Assembly (NCBI GenBank): GCA_964458665.1
Contig: CAYWOO010000192.1
Coordinates: 6,984 to 70,983 of the forward strand
Reading direction: 5' to 3'
Source: an uncultured Dehalococcoidia bacterium
GTDB lineage: Bacteria > Chloroflexota > Dehalococcoidia > DSTF01 > JACRBR01
DNA length: 64,000 bases
In this document: positions 39,826 to 48,646 of the stretch, piece by piece
Layout of the letters: each line of letters begins with the position of its first letter
Position numbering within the stretch: position 1 is the stretch's first letter
Notes under the pieces: generated by a model
The model's database searches: none
Told to the model about the DNA's origin: nothing
What the model saw: the letters and a program-made list of their open reading frames with translations, nothing else
Position numbers and translations under genes: made by a program

Positions 39826-42174
39826 CTACACTGCTGCCATCTCGGCCACAGGCTCACAGAGCCGATTCAGCAGCAGCGCTGCGGCACGTTTGTTGGTGCC
39901 GTGCTCGCCTATCGAGGGGCCGACGCAGCCGGGGCAGCCGGAGGGGCATTCGCAGCGGCGCACGACGTCGACCGCCGCCTCGATCAGCTTCGTGTGAATC
40001 TCGAACAGGCGGCGCGCCATGCCGACGCCGCCGGGCTGGTTTTCGTAGAGGAACAGCGTTGGGCGCTCGGTGAAGGGCGAGCGCATCTGGGCGACCGCCT
40101 GGAGGTCGCGCGGATCGCACATGAGGAAGATCGGCGCGAGGTGGCGCAGCAGGTGTGCGATGCCCCAGAGCCCGTCCTGGAGTTCGGCGCGGCCGAGGCC
40201 ATTAACCGCCTCTTCGCTGAGCGAAAACCAGTAGCCTGTGGTGTGGCGGCTCTCCTCCGGAATGCTGATCCTTCCCCAGCCGACGTTTTCATTCGTATCG
40301 AGTTTGATCTTCTTGAAGATGGTGGCCACATCGCGCACAGCGACCTCGCCGTGGTCCACCTCGCAGCCTCGTGAGGGGGCGCGCTCGAACGACTCCAACA
40401 CTTCGAGGTCGACGGCGAGGTTGGCATCGGTGTAGTAATCGACATCGACTTTGTGGACGTAGGCCTTCTTCTCCGCCCAGTCCAGGCGATCGACATGGTA
40501 CTGCTGGCCGGCGTGCATGTAGATCGCCTCGTCGTGGATGAGCAGCGGCGCGGCGGGACGGTCGATCTGGCCGATGACCCGCGGCTTCGGACCTTGCTCG
40601 ATGATCACGAAGTTGTCGATGGCGGCGGAGCGCAGGCTGACGCCCTCGGCCGGGAAGACTTCGGCCATCCAGTGGTAGCGGCCGCCGGCCTTCACGAGTA
40701 CGCCCTCGTCGCTGAGCAGATCGAGCAGCTCGGCTGATCGGTCGCCGAAATCGCCAGCGACACCGGCCACGCCCGCCGTTATATCCTTCTCGTCGAACGG
40801 AAGCTCGAACGCCGCGCATTTCATGTGGCTGACGCGTACCAGCAGGTTGTCCGGGTCGACGAGGCCCGCTTCGGGGGTCGTATCGAACACGTAGTCGGGG
40901 TTGGCAGCGACGTACTGGTTCAGCGGCGACGACGACGCGACGATCACCGAGAACGCGAGGTCGTGGCGGCGGCCGGCACGACCCATCTGCTGCCAGGCGC
41001 TGGCCAGGGTGCCGGGGTATCCGGTCAGCACGGCCGCATCGAGGCCGCCGATATCGACGCCTAATTCGAGCGCGTTCGTGGCGACGACGCCCCGGATGCG
41101 GCCCTCGCGGAGGCCACGCTCGACGGCACGACGCTCGTCCGGCAGGTAACCGCTGCGATAGCCCTCGACTGTGGCGGCGCCCGCGTCGGGGCCGGTGGCG
41201 TGGCCGGGGGGCGGCTTCAGCGCCTCGCGCAGGTAACGCAGCAGCAGCTCGACGCGCACGCGCGATGGCGCGAAGACGATCGTCTGCACGCCCGCCTGCA
41301 GCAGCCGCGAGCCGATCGCCCTTGCGGCGCTGACGGAGCTTTCGCGAATGCCCAGCTCGCGGTTCACGATGGGCGGATTGTAGATGGCGACGACCTTGCG
41401 GCCACGCGGCGCGCCGTTATTGTCGACGAGCGTCACGGGCTTTCGGACGATGTTCTGCGCCAGCTCGGCCGGGTTGGCGATGGTCGCCGAACAGCAGATG
41501 AAGATCGGGTCGGAGCCGTAGAAGCGGCAGACGCGGTGCAACCTGCGAATGACGTTGGCGACGTGGCTGCCGAAGACGCCGCGATACTGGTGCAGCTCGT
41601 CGATGACGACGTAGCGGAGGTTCTCGAACAGCTTCACCCACTTCGTGTGGTGGGGCAGGATGCCGGTGTGGAGCATGTCGGGGTTCGTGACGACAACGTG
41701 GCCGGCCTCGCGCACCTTCCGGCGCGCGTCACCTGGCGTATCGCCGTCGTACGTGTACGTGCCAATTCCGACGCCGAGGTCCGAGACGAGCGCGTGCAGC
41801 TCCTGCATCTGGTCCTGCGCAAGCGCCTTCGTGGGGAAGAGGTAGAGCGCGCGGGCGTCCGGGTCGTCGAGGATCGTCTGGACGACGGGCAGGTTGTAGC
41901 AGAGCGTCTTGCCGGAGGCGGTCGGCGTGACGACGACGACGTTCTCGCGACGTAGTACAGCGGCGAGCGCATCGGCCTGATGCGTGTACAGGCGGTCGAT
42001 GCCGCGGCGGGCGAGGGCGGCGATGAGGCGCTGGTCGGTAGCGGACGGGAAGTCGCCGTAACGGGCGTCGACGGCCGGAAGCTCGCGCCACTCGACGAAG
42101 CCCGATCGCCCGTCGGGGCTGCGGCGGAGTTCGGGGTCGGATCGAAGGGCGTGCAGCGCCTGTTCGAGTGGCAT
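39826..42174 (-). CDS. DEAD/DEAH-box helicase with C-terminal DUF1998 zinc-cysteine domain (MrfA/YprA-like)
   Basis: Trimmed to the ATG at 42174. TPTASGKT (motif I) and VIDELH (DExH). C-terminal RRCECPSGCPGCV four-Cys cluster. Confidence 0.85.
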   Translation of the reverse strand: MPLEQALHALRSDPELRRSPDGRSGFVEWRELPAVDARYGDFPSATDQRLIAALARRGIDRLYTHQADALAAVLRRENVVVVTPTASGKTLCYNLPVVQTILDDPDARALYLFPTKALAQDQMQELHALVSDLGVGIGTYTYDGDTPGDARRKVREAGHVVVTNPDMLHTGILPHHTKWVKLFENLRYVVIDELHQYRGVFGSHVANVIRRLHRVCRFYGSDPIFICCSATIANPAELAQNIVRKPVTLVDNNGAPRGRKVVAIYNPPIVNRELGIRESSVSAARAIGSRLLQAGVQTIVFAPSRVRVELLLRYLREALKPPPGHATGPDAGAATVEGYRSGYLPDERRAVERGLREGRIRGVVATNALELGVDIGGLDAAVLTGYPGTLASAWQQMGRAGRRHDLAFSVIVASSSPLNQYVAANPDYVFDTTPEAGLVDPDNLLVRVSHMKCAAFELPFDEKDITAGVAGVAGDFGDRSAELLDLLSDEGVLVKAGGRYHWMAEVFPAEGVSLRSAAIDNFVIIEQGPKPRVIGQIDRPAAPLLIHDEAIYMHAGQQYHVDRLDWAEKKAYVHKVDVDYYTDANLAVDLEVLESFERAPSRGCEVDHGEVAVRDVATIFKKIKLDTNENVGWGRISIPEESRHTTGYWFSLSEEAVNGLGRAELQDGLWGIAHLLRHLAPIFLMCDPRDLQAVAQMRSPFTERPTLFLYENQPGGVGMARRLFEIHTKLIEAAVDVVRRCECPSGCPGCVGPSIGEHGTNKRAAALLLNRLCEPVAEMAAV

Positions 42175-42287
42175 CCGTGCGTCTCCGTTACGAACAACCG
42201 TACGGGTTGGGAGTATAGGTGTAGAACGGGCGTTCGTCAATGGGAGTTCGTGGTTTGTAGTTGGTAGTAGGTAGTTCTCCGGCGCTT

Positions 42288-42820
42288 CGCGCACCTCACC
42301 GCGGCCGTCGGGCGCGCCCTCCCCGCGACGCGGAGAGGGCTCTCGGTTCGGGGGGAGTGCATTAGAGATCGGGCGGTCGTGCTCGATGAGGGGGCGTGCG
42401 GCGCTGCGCGCACCTCACCCCACCCGTCGGGCGCGCCCTCTCCGCGACGCGGAGAGGGCTCTCGGTTCGGGGGGTGCTGCCAAGGTCGACCGGTAGTGTT
42501 GGAACGTGGCGGCGCGCGGGGCTTCGCGCACCTCACCCCGGCCGTCGGCCGCGCCCTCTCCGCGACGCTGAGAGGGCTCTCGGTTCGGGGGGAGTGCATT
42601 AGAGATCGGGCGGTCGTGCTCGATGAGGGGGCGTGCGGCGCTGCGCGCACCTCACCCCGGCCGTCGGCCGCGCCCTCTCCGCGACGCGGAGAGGGCTCTC
42701 GGTTCGAGGGGGAGTACATCAGAGATTGGGCGGCTGTCCTGGATTAGCGGCGTGCGGCGCTGCGCGCACCTCACCCCGGCCGTCGGCCGCGCCCTCTCCG
42801 CGACGCGGAGAGTGCTCTCG
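42288..42820. repeat. Satellite-like tandem array, about 119-bp period, 5 family A cores
   Basis: Cores start at 42289, 42408, 42526, 42645 and 42764. The inter-core segments 1-2 and 3-4 are identical, 4-5 is related and 2-3 is different. Confidence 0.9.
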
Positions 42821-43061
42821 TCTGGAGAGCTGTTTCGGGTTTGATGCGTCGGTGCGAACAGGACGCGCTCCATTCGCCCGTCAGCAAGCAATCGAGCGAC
42901 GCGCGGGCTGAAAAGCCCGCGCTACGGTAGTGGATGACGATGGTGCGCAGTCTCTCGCGAGATCAGGCCGACTGGCTCGTTGACTCTGCGGGGTGCGGCG
43001 ATAAGATCAGCTACGAACTCGCTACACGGACGCGCCTCGCGCGTGGAAAGGGACGTTGATC

Positions 43062-44171
43062 ATGGCGACGGGTAAGGCTGCGGTGCTGCTGGAGCCGGGC
43101 AAGGGGTACGAGATCCAGGAGTTCGAGGTGCCGACGCCCGAGCCGGGCGGGATCGTCATCAAGGTATCGATGGGCGGCATCTGCGGATCGGACCTGCACA
43201 TCTGGCGCGGCGATTCGCCGCTGTTCGCCGCGATGGCCGGCAGCGTCGCGGGGCACGAGATGACGGGTCGCGTCCACTCGCTCGGTTCGAGCATCACTAC
43301 CGACTCGCTGGGGCGGCCGTTGAAGGAAGGCGATCGCGTCGCGTACAGCTACTTCTATCCGTGCCACCGCTGCTATCAGTGCAACAAGGGCGAGTTCGCC
43401 ACGTGCCCGAACAAGCTGATGACGATGGGCGCGGGGCCGGTGAGCAAGTTCAGCGGCGCGTACGGCGAGTACTACTACCTGAAGCCGGGCGGCTGGATCT
43501 TCAAGGTGCCGGACGAGGTGACCGACGAGATGGCGACGCCCGTGAACTGCGCGCTCTCGCAGGTGACGTACGGACTGCAGAAGGTCGGCATGCGCTACGG
43601 CGACACCGTCGTCATCCAGGGCGCGGGCGGCCTCGGGCTGAATGCCGTCGCCGTGGCGAAGGAGATGGGCGCAGACGCCGTGATCGTCATCGACGGCATC
43701 GCCAACAGGCTCGAGCTGGCGAAGAAGTTCGGTGCGGACGCGACCATCGACATCAGCCAGCTGCAGCCGATGGAGCGCATCGCAAAGGTGCGGCAGCTCA
43801 CGGGCAACCGCGGCGCGGACATCGTCGTCGAGGTCGTCGGCGTGCCGGACGTCATTCCGGAGGGGCTGCAGATGCTCCGTGAGGGCGGCGTGATGCTCGA
43901 GATCGGCAACATCTCGTTTGGGCGCACGGTGGCGATCGATCCGTCGCAGCTCGTCTGGGGCTCGAAGCGCATCCAGGGCGTGATCATGTACGACCCGTGG
44001 GTGATCCCGGAGGCGCTCGACTTCCTGGTGCGGACGAAGAACAAGTACCCGCACGAGGACGTCGTCTCGCACAAGTTCGCGCTGGCCGACATCAACAGCG
44101 CGTTCGAGAACAGCGAGTGGGCGCGCGAGGGCTCGACGACGAAGGTGAACCGCGCGGTTATCACGATGTAG
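43062..44171 (+). CDS. Zinc-dependent alcohol dehydrogenase family (MDR) oxidoreductase
   Basis: ATG at 43062 was preferred over the TTG at 43056. GICGSDLH, GHEMTG and a structural-Zn Cys cluster CHRCYQCNKGEFATC. GAGGLG Rossmann motif. Confidence 0.9.
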   Translation: MATGKAAVLLEPGKGYEIQEFEVPTPEPGGIVIKVSMGGICGSDLHIWRGDSPLFAAMAGSVAGHEMTGRVHSLGSSITTDSLGRPLKEGDRVAYSYFYPCHRCYQCNKGEFATCPNKLMTMGAGPVSKFSGAYGEYYYLKPGGWIFKVPDEVTDEMATPVNCALSQVTYGLQKVGMRYGDTVVIQGAGGLGLNAVAVAKEMGADAVIVIDGIANRLELAKKFGADATIDISQLQPMERIAKVRQLTGNRGADIVVEVVGVPDVIPEGLQMLREGGVMLEIGNISFGRTVAIDPSQLVWGSKRIQGVIMYDPWVIPEALDFLVRTKNKYPHEDVVSHKFALADINSAFENSEWAREGSTTKVNRAVITM

Positions 44172-44177
44172 GTTGTA

Positions 44178-44207
44178 GGGGCGGCCCCGCGTGGCCGCCC
44201 TTTCTTC
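44178..44207 (+). terminator. Hairpin (family H) plus T-tract after the dehydrogenase gene
   Basis: GGGGCGGCC-ccgcgt-GGCCGCCC followed by tttctt. A related hairpin lies at about 58079..58103. Confidence 0.4.
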
Positions 44208-44242
44208 GCCTCTCGGCGTCCCGAGGCGGTACCCTTTGCGCT

Positions 44243-45544
44243 ATGGAACCGCAGATTCGCTACTGCACGACAAGCGACGGTGTCAGCATCGCCTGGGCGG
44301 AGATGGGCCAGGGGCCGCCGCTGCTGCTGTGCGGCCCAACGCCGTTAACGCATGTGCAAGAGCTGCCCGCGATCTACGAACACTTCTTTGGCCAGCTGGC
44401 GCGCTCCTGCCGCTTGATCTGGTTCGATACGCGAGGAACTGGGATGTCCGAACGCGACGTTACGGACGTGTCTGCCGCGACGCTGCTGATGGATGCCGAA
44501 GCCGTAATCAATGCCGCGCAGGTCGACCAATTTGCCGTGTGGTGTTGGGGGAACTTATTGGCGTTATCGACGGCCCTCCACCTTGCAACCGAACATCCCA
44601 ATCGAGTTACACATCTTGTTCTTAGGTCGCCGTTCCAAAGTATGCGCGACGCGGCGGACACGCCGTACGCCAAGACGGGCATGGCGCTCGCGGAGGCAGA
44701 CTGGCCTTCCTACGTAGCGGCCGCGTTTCTCGTCCTGAAGATATCGACAGCGGTCACCCCCGCGGCCGACCTGCTGGCAAAGGCCGCTACTCTCTGGGCA
44801 GATCCCTCCGCGGGCCTTCTGTACAAGAGATTGGAGGAGGCCACAGATCTGGGCGACCGCCTTGCGCGGGTACGCCAACCGACGCTTGTTCTGACGGGAG
44901 AAAAGGACGTCATCCCCGTCCGCGCCAGCCAGCGTGCTGCCGCGAAGATCCCGGGGGCGCAATTTCGGCAATTCTCCGAGAGTGGAATCGACGCGGGACT
45001 GGCGTTCCTCGGGCTATCCACGCCCACCACGAGCGCCCCCGCCGCGCCCTCGGGTATGGCCGTCGTTCTCTTCACCGACATCGTTGACTCCACGGCACTG
45101 ACGGAGAGGCTGGGCGACACGGTGTTCCGCACGGCATCGCGGGCGCTCGACGAAGGGATGCGCGCAGCGATGCGAGAGTCAGGCGGCACGCCGGTGGAGG
45201 GCAAGGTGCTCGGCGATGGCGTTATGGGGGTGTTCACGTCGGCGTCGCAGGCGATCGACGCCGCCCGGCGCTGCATCGAACTGAGCGCCGCGAGCGAATT
45301 GCGGCTGCACGTCGGCCTCCACGCCGGTGACGTGATCCACGAAGCGGGCAACGTCTATGGCGGCGCCGTCAACATCGCGTCGCGCATCTGCGGGCTGTCG
45401 GCTCCAGGTCAGGTGCTCGTGTCGGACACCGTGCGCGGTCTCGCGCGCACGTCGGCGGGTGTGGAGTTCGAGGATCGCGGCGAACAGGCGCTCAAGGGCA
45501 TCGACGACGCCGTGCGGGTGTACGAAGTGCGGTGGCGGGAGTGA
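44243..45544 (+). CDS. Alpha/beta-hydrolase-fold + class III adenylate/guanylate cyclase fusion (paralog 1)
   Basis: Trimmed to the ATG at 44243. The N-terminus MEPQIRYCTTSDGVSIAW is shared with the paralogs. Cyclase motifs FTDIVDST, LGDGVMGVF and GGAVNIASR. Confidence 0.85.
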   Translation: MEPQIRYCTTSDGVSIAWAEMGQGPPLLLCGPTPLTHVQELPAIYEHFFGQLARSCRLIWFDTRGTGMSERDVTDVSAATLLMDAEAVINAAQVDQFAVWCWGNLLALSTALHLATEHPNRVTHLVLRSPFQSMRDAADTPYAKTGMALAEADWPSYVAAAFLVLKISTAVTPAADLLAKAATLWADPSAGLLYKRLEEATDLGDRLARVRQPTLVLTGEKDVIPVRASQRAAAKIPGAQFRQFSESGIDAGLAFLGLSTPTTSAPAAPSGMAVVLFTDIVDSTALTERLGDTVFRTASRALDEGMRAAMRESGGTPVEGKVLGDGVMGVFTSASQAIDAARRCIELSAASELRLHVGLHAGDVIHEAGNVYGGAVNIASRICGLSAPGQVLVSDTVRGLARTSAGVEFEDRGEQALKGIDDAVRVYEVRWRE

Positions 45545-45546
45545 GC

Positions 45547-46905
45547 ATGGAACCGCAGATCCGCTACTGCACGACCTCAGATGGCGCCAGCATCGCCTAC
45601 GCGACGATGGGCGCGGGCCCGGTGGTGATCATGCCGCCGACGGTATATTCCTTTTCCGGACGGCAGCGCGTATTTCCGGGCCATCGGCTGCTGTGCAACG
45701 CGATCGCCGGGCGGTTCACACTGGCGCAATACGACCACCGAGGCATGGGCCTATCCGGGCGCGAACGCCGCGAGTCCGACCTGGATGCGCGCCTTCTGGA
45801 TCTCGATGCTGTGGTGCGTGCCGTTGGCGCGGAGACGTTCGCGCTGTACGGCGGAGGGTTCAGCGGACTGACCGCAATGGCGTACACGGCGCGGCATCGT
45901 GAGCGCGTCACGTGTCTTGTCGTCGCGGATTCATACGCGAGAGGTGGGCAGTTCTATCGCGAGAATCCGATGGGACAGATAATCGATGCGCTCGGTGTCG
46001 TGACGGCCGAGCAGTGGCCCATCGTCACAAACATGATTGGGACCCGCGCCCGCGCTGACGACGACGATCCGCTGTCGGCGCGGGCAATCGGAGCACTGAT
46101 ACGGGAGACGTGGGACCCGGATGCGTTCCTGGCGCACCGGCAGGTCGGACGTCAGATGGATGTGTCGGCGGAACTTTCGGCGATCGCCGTTTCAACGCTC
46201 ATCGTAGCGACCGGTGCAGTCCAAGCTTCGTTCGAGCATTCTCGCGAGCTCGCGGCGGCGATTCCGGGCGCGCGATTGATGCGTGTTGTGTCGCGCTGGG
46301 CGGGCTGGGACGAACGCGACTACGCCACGGTAGTCGCGTTCCTTCGTGAGCACGCGCCGTCCGTCGAGACAGCCGCTGCGCCGACTGCGAGCGCGCCTAT
46401 CGCCGCCCCTTCCGGCATGGTCGTGGTCCTCTTCACCGACATCGTCGACTCAACCGCACTGACGGAGCGGCTGGGCGACACGGTGTTCCGCACGGCGTCG
46501 CGCGCGCTCGACGAAGGGATGCGCGCGGCGATGCAGGAGGCGGGCGGCACGCCGGTCGAGGGTAAGGTGCTGGGCGATGGCGTCATGGGCGTGTTCACGT
46601 CGGCGTCGCTGGCGATCGCCGCCGCCCGGCGCTGCATCGAACTCAGCGCAGAGAGCGAACTGCAGCTCCATGTCGGCCTCCATGCCGGTGACGTGATCCA
46701 CGAAGCGGGCAACGTCTACGGCGGCGCCGTCAACATCGCCTCGCGCATCTGCGGGCTCTCGGCGCCGGGTGAGGTGCTCGTGTCGGGAACCGTGCGCGAG
46801 CTGGCACGAACGTCTGCGGGCGTCGAGTTCGAGGATCGCGGGGAGCAGGAGATGAAGGGCGTGGGGGAGCCGGTGCGGGTGTACGCGGTGCGAGGCGCCG
46901 AATGA
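45547..46905 (+). CDS. Alpha/beta-hydrolase-fold + class III cyclase fusion (paralog 2)
   Basis: The ATG at 45547 lies 2 nt after the paralog 1 stop. By eye, the cyclase half is about nine-tenths identical at the DNA level to paralog 1. The hydrolase half is strongly diverged. Confidence 0.85.
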   Translation: MEPQIRYCTTSDGASIAYATMGAGPVVIMPPTVYSFSGRQRVFPGHRLLCNAIAGRFTLAQYDHRGMGLSGRERRESDLDARLLDLDAVVRAVGAETFALYGGGFSGLTAMAYTARHRERVTCLVVADSYARGGQFYRENPMGQIIDALGVVTAEQWPIVTNMIGTRARADDDDPLSARAIGALIRETWDPDAFLAHRQVGRQMDVSAELSAIAVSTLIVATGAVQASFEHSRELAAAIPGARLMRVVSRWAGWDERDYATVVAFLREHAPSVETAAAPTASAPIAAPSGMVVVLFTDIVDSTALTERLGDTVFRTASRALDEGMRAAMQEAGGTPVEGKVLGDGVMGVFTSASLAIAAARRCIELSAESELQLHVGLHAGDVIHEAGNVYGGAVNIASRICGLSAPGEVLVSGTVRELARTSAGVEFEDRGEQEMKGVGEPVRVYAVRGAE

Positions 46906-48233
46906 GCACGACAGATCCCCAGGTCCGCTACTGCACGACCTCCGATGGCGTCCAAATCGCGTACGTCGTTGATGGCAGCGGTCCGGGCATCCCGGTCATC
47001 TGCATGGGCGCACCCTTTACCGACGTGCGACCGTCCTACTGGGAAGAGTTCGGCTTGACGACCATCGGCGGCGTTTCGCGAGACGCGCGGCCGGTGGCAT
47101 GGTTCGACTTTCGCGGATGCGGCATCTCCGAGAGAAATGTCGAAGACGTCTCCATGGACGCCCTCGAGCTGGATCTTTACGCCGTGATCGAGCGGCTCGA
47201 TTGGCCGCGGTTCTCGCTGATGGCGATGGCCATGACCGGCCCGCTCGTCATGAAGTACGCGGCCGAGCATCCCGATCGTGTCGCCAGCCTTGTACTCCGG
47301 GAGACGTACGCGCGCGCCGCGGAGATGGGGCGCATCCCCCGCATGCGGGCACTGGGGTTGCTCCTGCGTGAGGACTACGAGTCCTACATGATGTTGATGG
47401 TCGCGACAAATGGCTGGTTGAGCGAGGGCGCGCGCCTGATGAAGCTCTTCGCCGGCGCGACAACCGAGGAGATGTGCCGCATGTATGCGGCCGCTTCACC
47501 GACGTTCAACGCGAACATGTTCGTCGACAAGATCCAGGCCCGTACGCTCGTGATCGGCCGCGATGACATGCCCGTGCCGAGCGGCGACATGCTTCGCCAG
47601 CTGGGAGGGCGCATCCGTGACGCACGCGTCGTCATGGAAGCGGGCGGCTTCGCGCGAGACGGCCCTGCGGTGGAGCAGTTCCTGGCCGAAGACGATCCTG
47701 GTGCCGCGGCGCCAGCGCCGACAACTCCCACCGGTACGCGCACGGTGCTGTTCACCGACATCGTCGGCCACACCGAGATGATGCAGCGCCTCGGCGACGC
47801 GAAGGGGCGTGACGTGCTGCGCGAACATGAGCGCATCACGCGCGAAACGCTGAAGCAGCACGGCGGCGCGGAAGTGAAAACGATGGGCGACGGATTCATG
47901 GCGTCGTTCGGCAGCGTGACGTCGGCAATGGAGTGCGCGATCGCGCTCCAGCGAGCGTTCGCTGCGCACACAGATTCAATGCCGGAACCGCTGCACGTCC
48001 GCGTCGGCCTCAACGCCGGCGAGCCCATCGAAGAAGACGGGGATCTCTTCGGCGCGACTGTCATCCTCGCGTCACGCATCGCAGCGAAGGCGGGCGCCGG
48101 CGAGATCCTCGTACCGGACACCGTGCGCGGATTGCTGTCGGGGAAGGGATTCGTGTTCGGCGATCGCGGTGAGTTCGTGCCGAAGGGCTTCGATGAAGGC
48201 GTGCGGCTGTGGGATGTACGTTGGCGGGAATGA
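46902..48233 (+). CDS. Alpha/beta-hydrolase-fold + class III cyclase fusion (paralog 3)
   Basis: The start overlaps the paralog 2 stop (ATGA). Motifs FTDIVGHT, MGDGFMASF and GATVILASR (Ile in place of the catalytic Asn). Confidence 0.85.
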   Translation: MSTTDPQVRYCTTSDGVQIAYVVDGSGPGIPVICMGAPFTDVRPSYWEEFGLTTIGGVSRDARPVAWFDFRGCGISERNVEDVSMDALELDLYAVIERLDWPRFSLMAMAMTGPLVMKYAAEHPDRVASLVLRETYARAAEMGRIPRMRALGLLLREDYESYMMLMVATNGWLSEGARLMKLFAGATTEEMCRMYAAASPTFNANMFVDKIQARTLVIGRDDMPVPSGDMLRQLGGRIRDARVVMEAGGFARDGPAVEQFLAEDDPGAAAPAPTTPTGTRTVLFTDIVGHTEMMQRLGDAKGRDVLREHERITRETLKQHGGAEVKTMGDGFMASFGSVTSAMECAIALQRAFAAHTDSMPEPLHVRVGLNAGEPIEEDGDLFGATVILASRIAAKAGAGEILVPDTVRGLLSGKGFVFGDRGEFVPKGFDEGVRLWDVRWRE

Positions 48234-48407
48234 TCGATCACGCGACGACGGACCGACCGACAGCTTCGACTGGATCTCTCAGGGTCACGTTCGCACAATC
48301 GTCATCAGATGCCCGGCGGGCATGAGCACCGGATTGGTTTGTAAGTCGTGGGAGTTCGTGATCGCGGCAGATTCGGGTGACCATCGGACACGAATTGAAG
48401 CGTGAAA

Positions 48408-48452
48408 CTTCTAATCCGTCGGTCCAGGGTTCGAGTCCGTGAGGGCCCACCA
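48408..48452 (+). pseudogene. tRNA-Arg(TCT)-like 3' half (anticodon loop to CCA); the 5' half is absent
   Basis: The segment reads cttctaa (anticodon loop, TCT) - tccgt - cggtc - caggg-ttcgagt-ccgtg (T arm, one mismatch) - agggccc-a-cca. No matching 5' acceptor, D arm or 5' anticodon stem lies upstream. Confidence 0.6.
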
Positions 48453-48646
48453 TGCATTTCGTTTTTCAGACTATCCTTGGTGCCGGGGCGACCGGCTCGA
48501 ACGGCGCGCCTACGTGGCCCTGGTCTCTTTCGCGGAACGGACATTGACCGTGCGCCTTGGATCGGCGAGTGTTCCGATCAGGCTCCCATCACGGGCCGCT
48601 GAAGAGCATGTGAATCGCGGACAGAGAACCTGGGAGGTTGAGGGCA

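Noticed and set aside
42288-42820. A regularly spaced repeat array that superficially resembles a CRISPR locus.
   Set aside because: The 'spacers' are themselves repeated: two are identical and one is a variant. The repeat core is the dispersed family A REP element found all over the window. The period is about 119 bp and no cas genes are nearby. I call it a satellite or tandem duplication.
48375-48452. A possible complete 75-nt tRNA ending in CCA.
   Set aside because: With nucleotide 1 at 48375, only 4 acceptor pairs form. There is no D arm with GG, no U8, and the 5' anticodon stem does not pair. Only the 3' 45 nt are tRNA-like, so I report it as a fragment.
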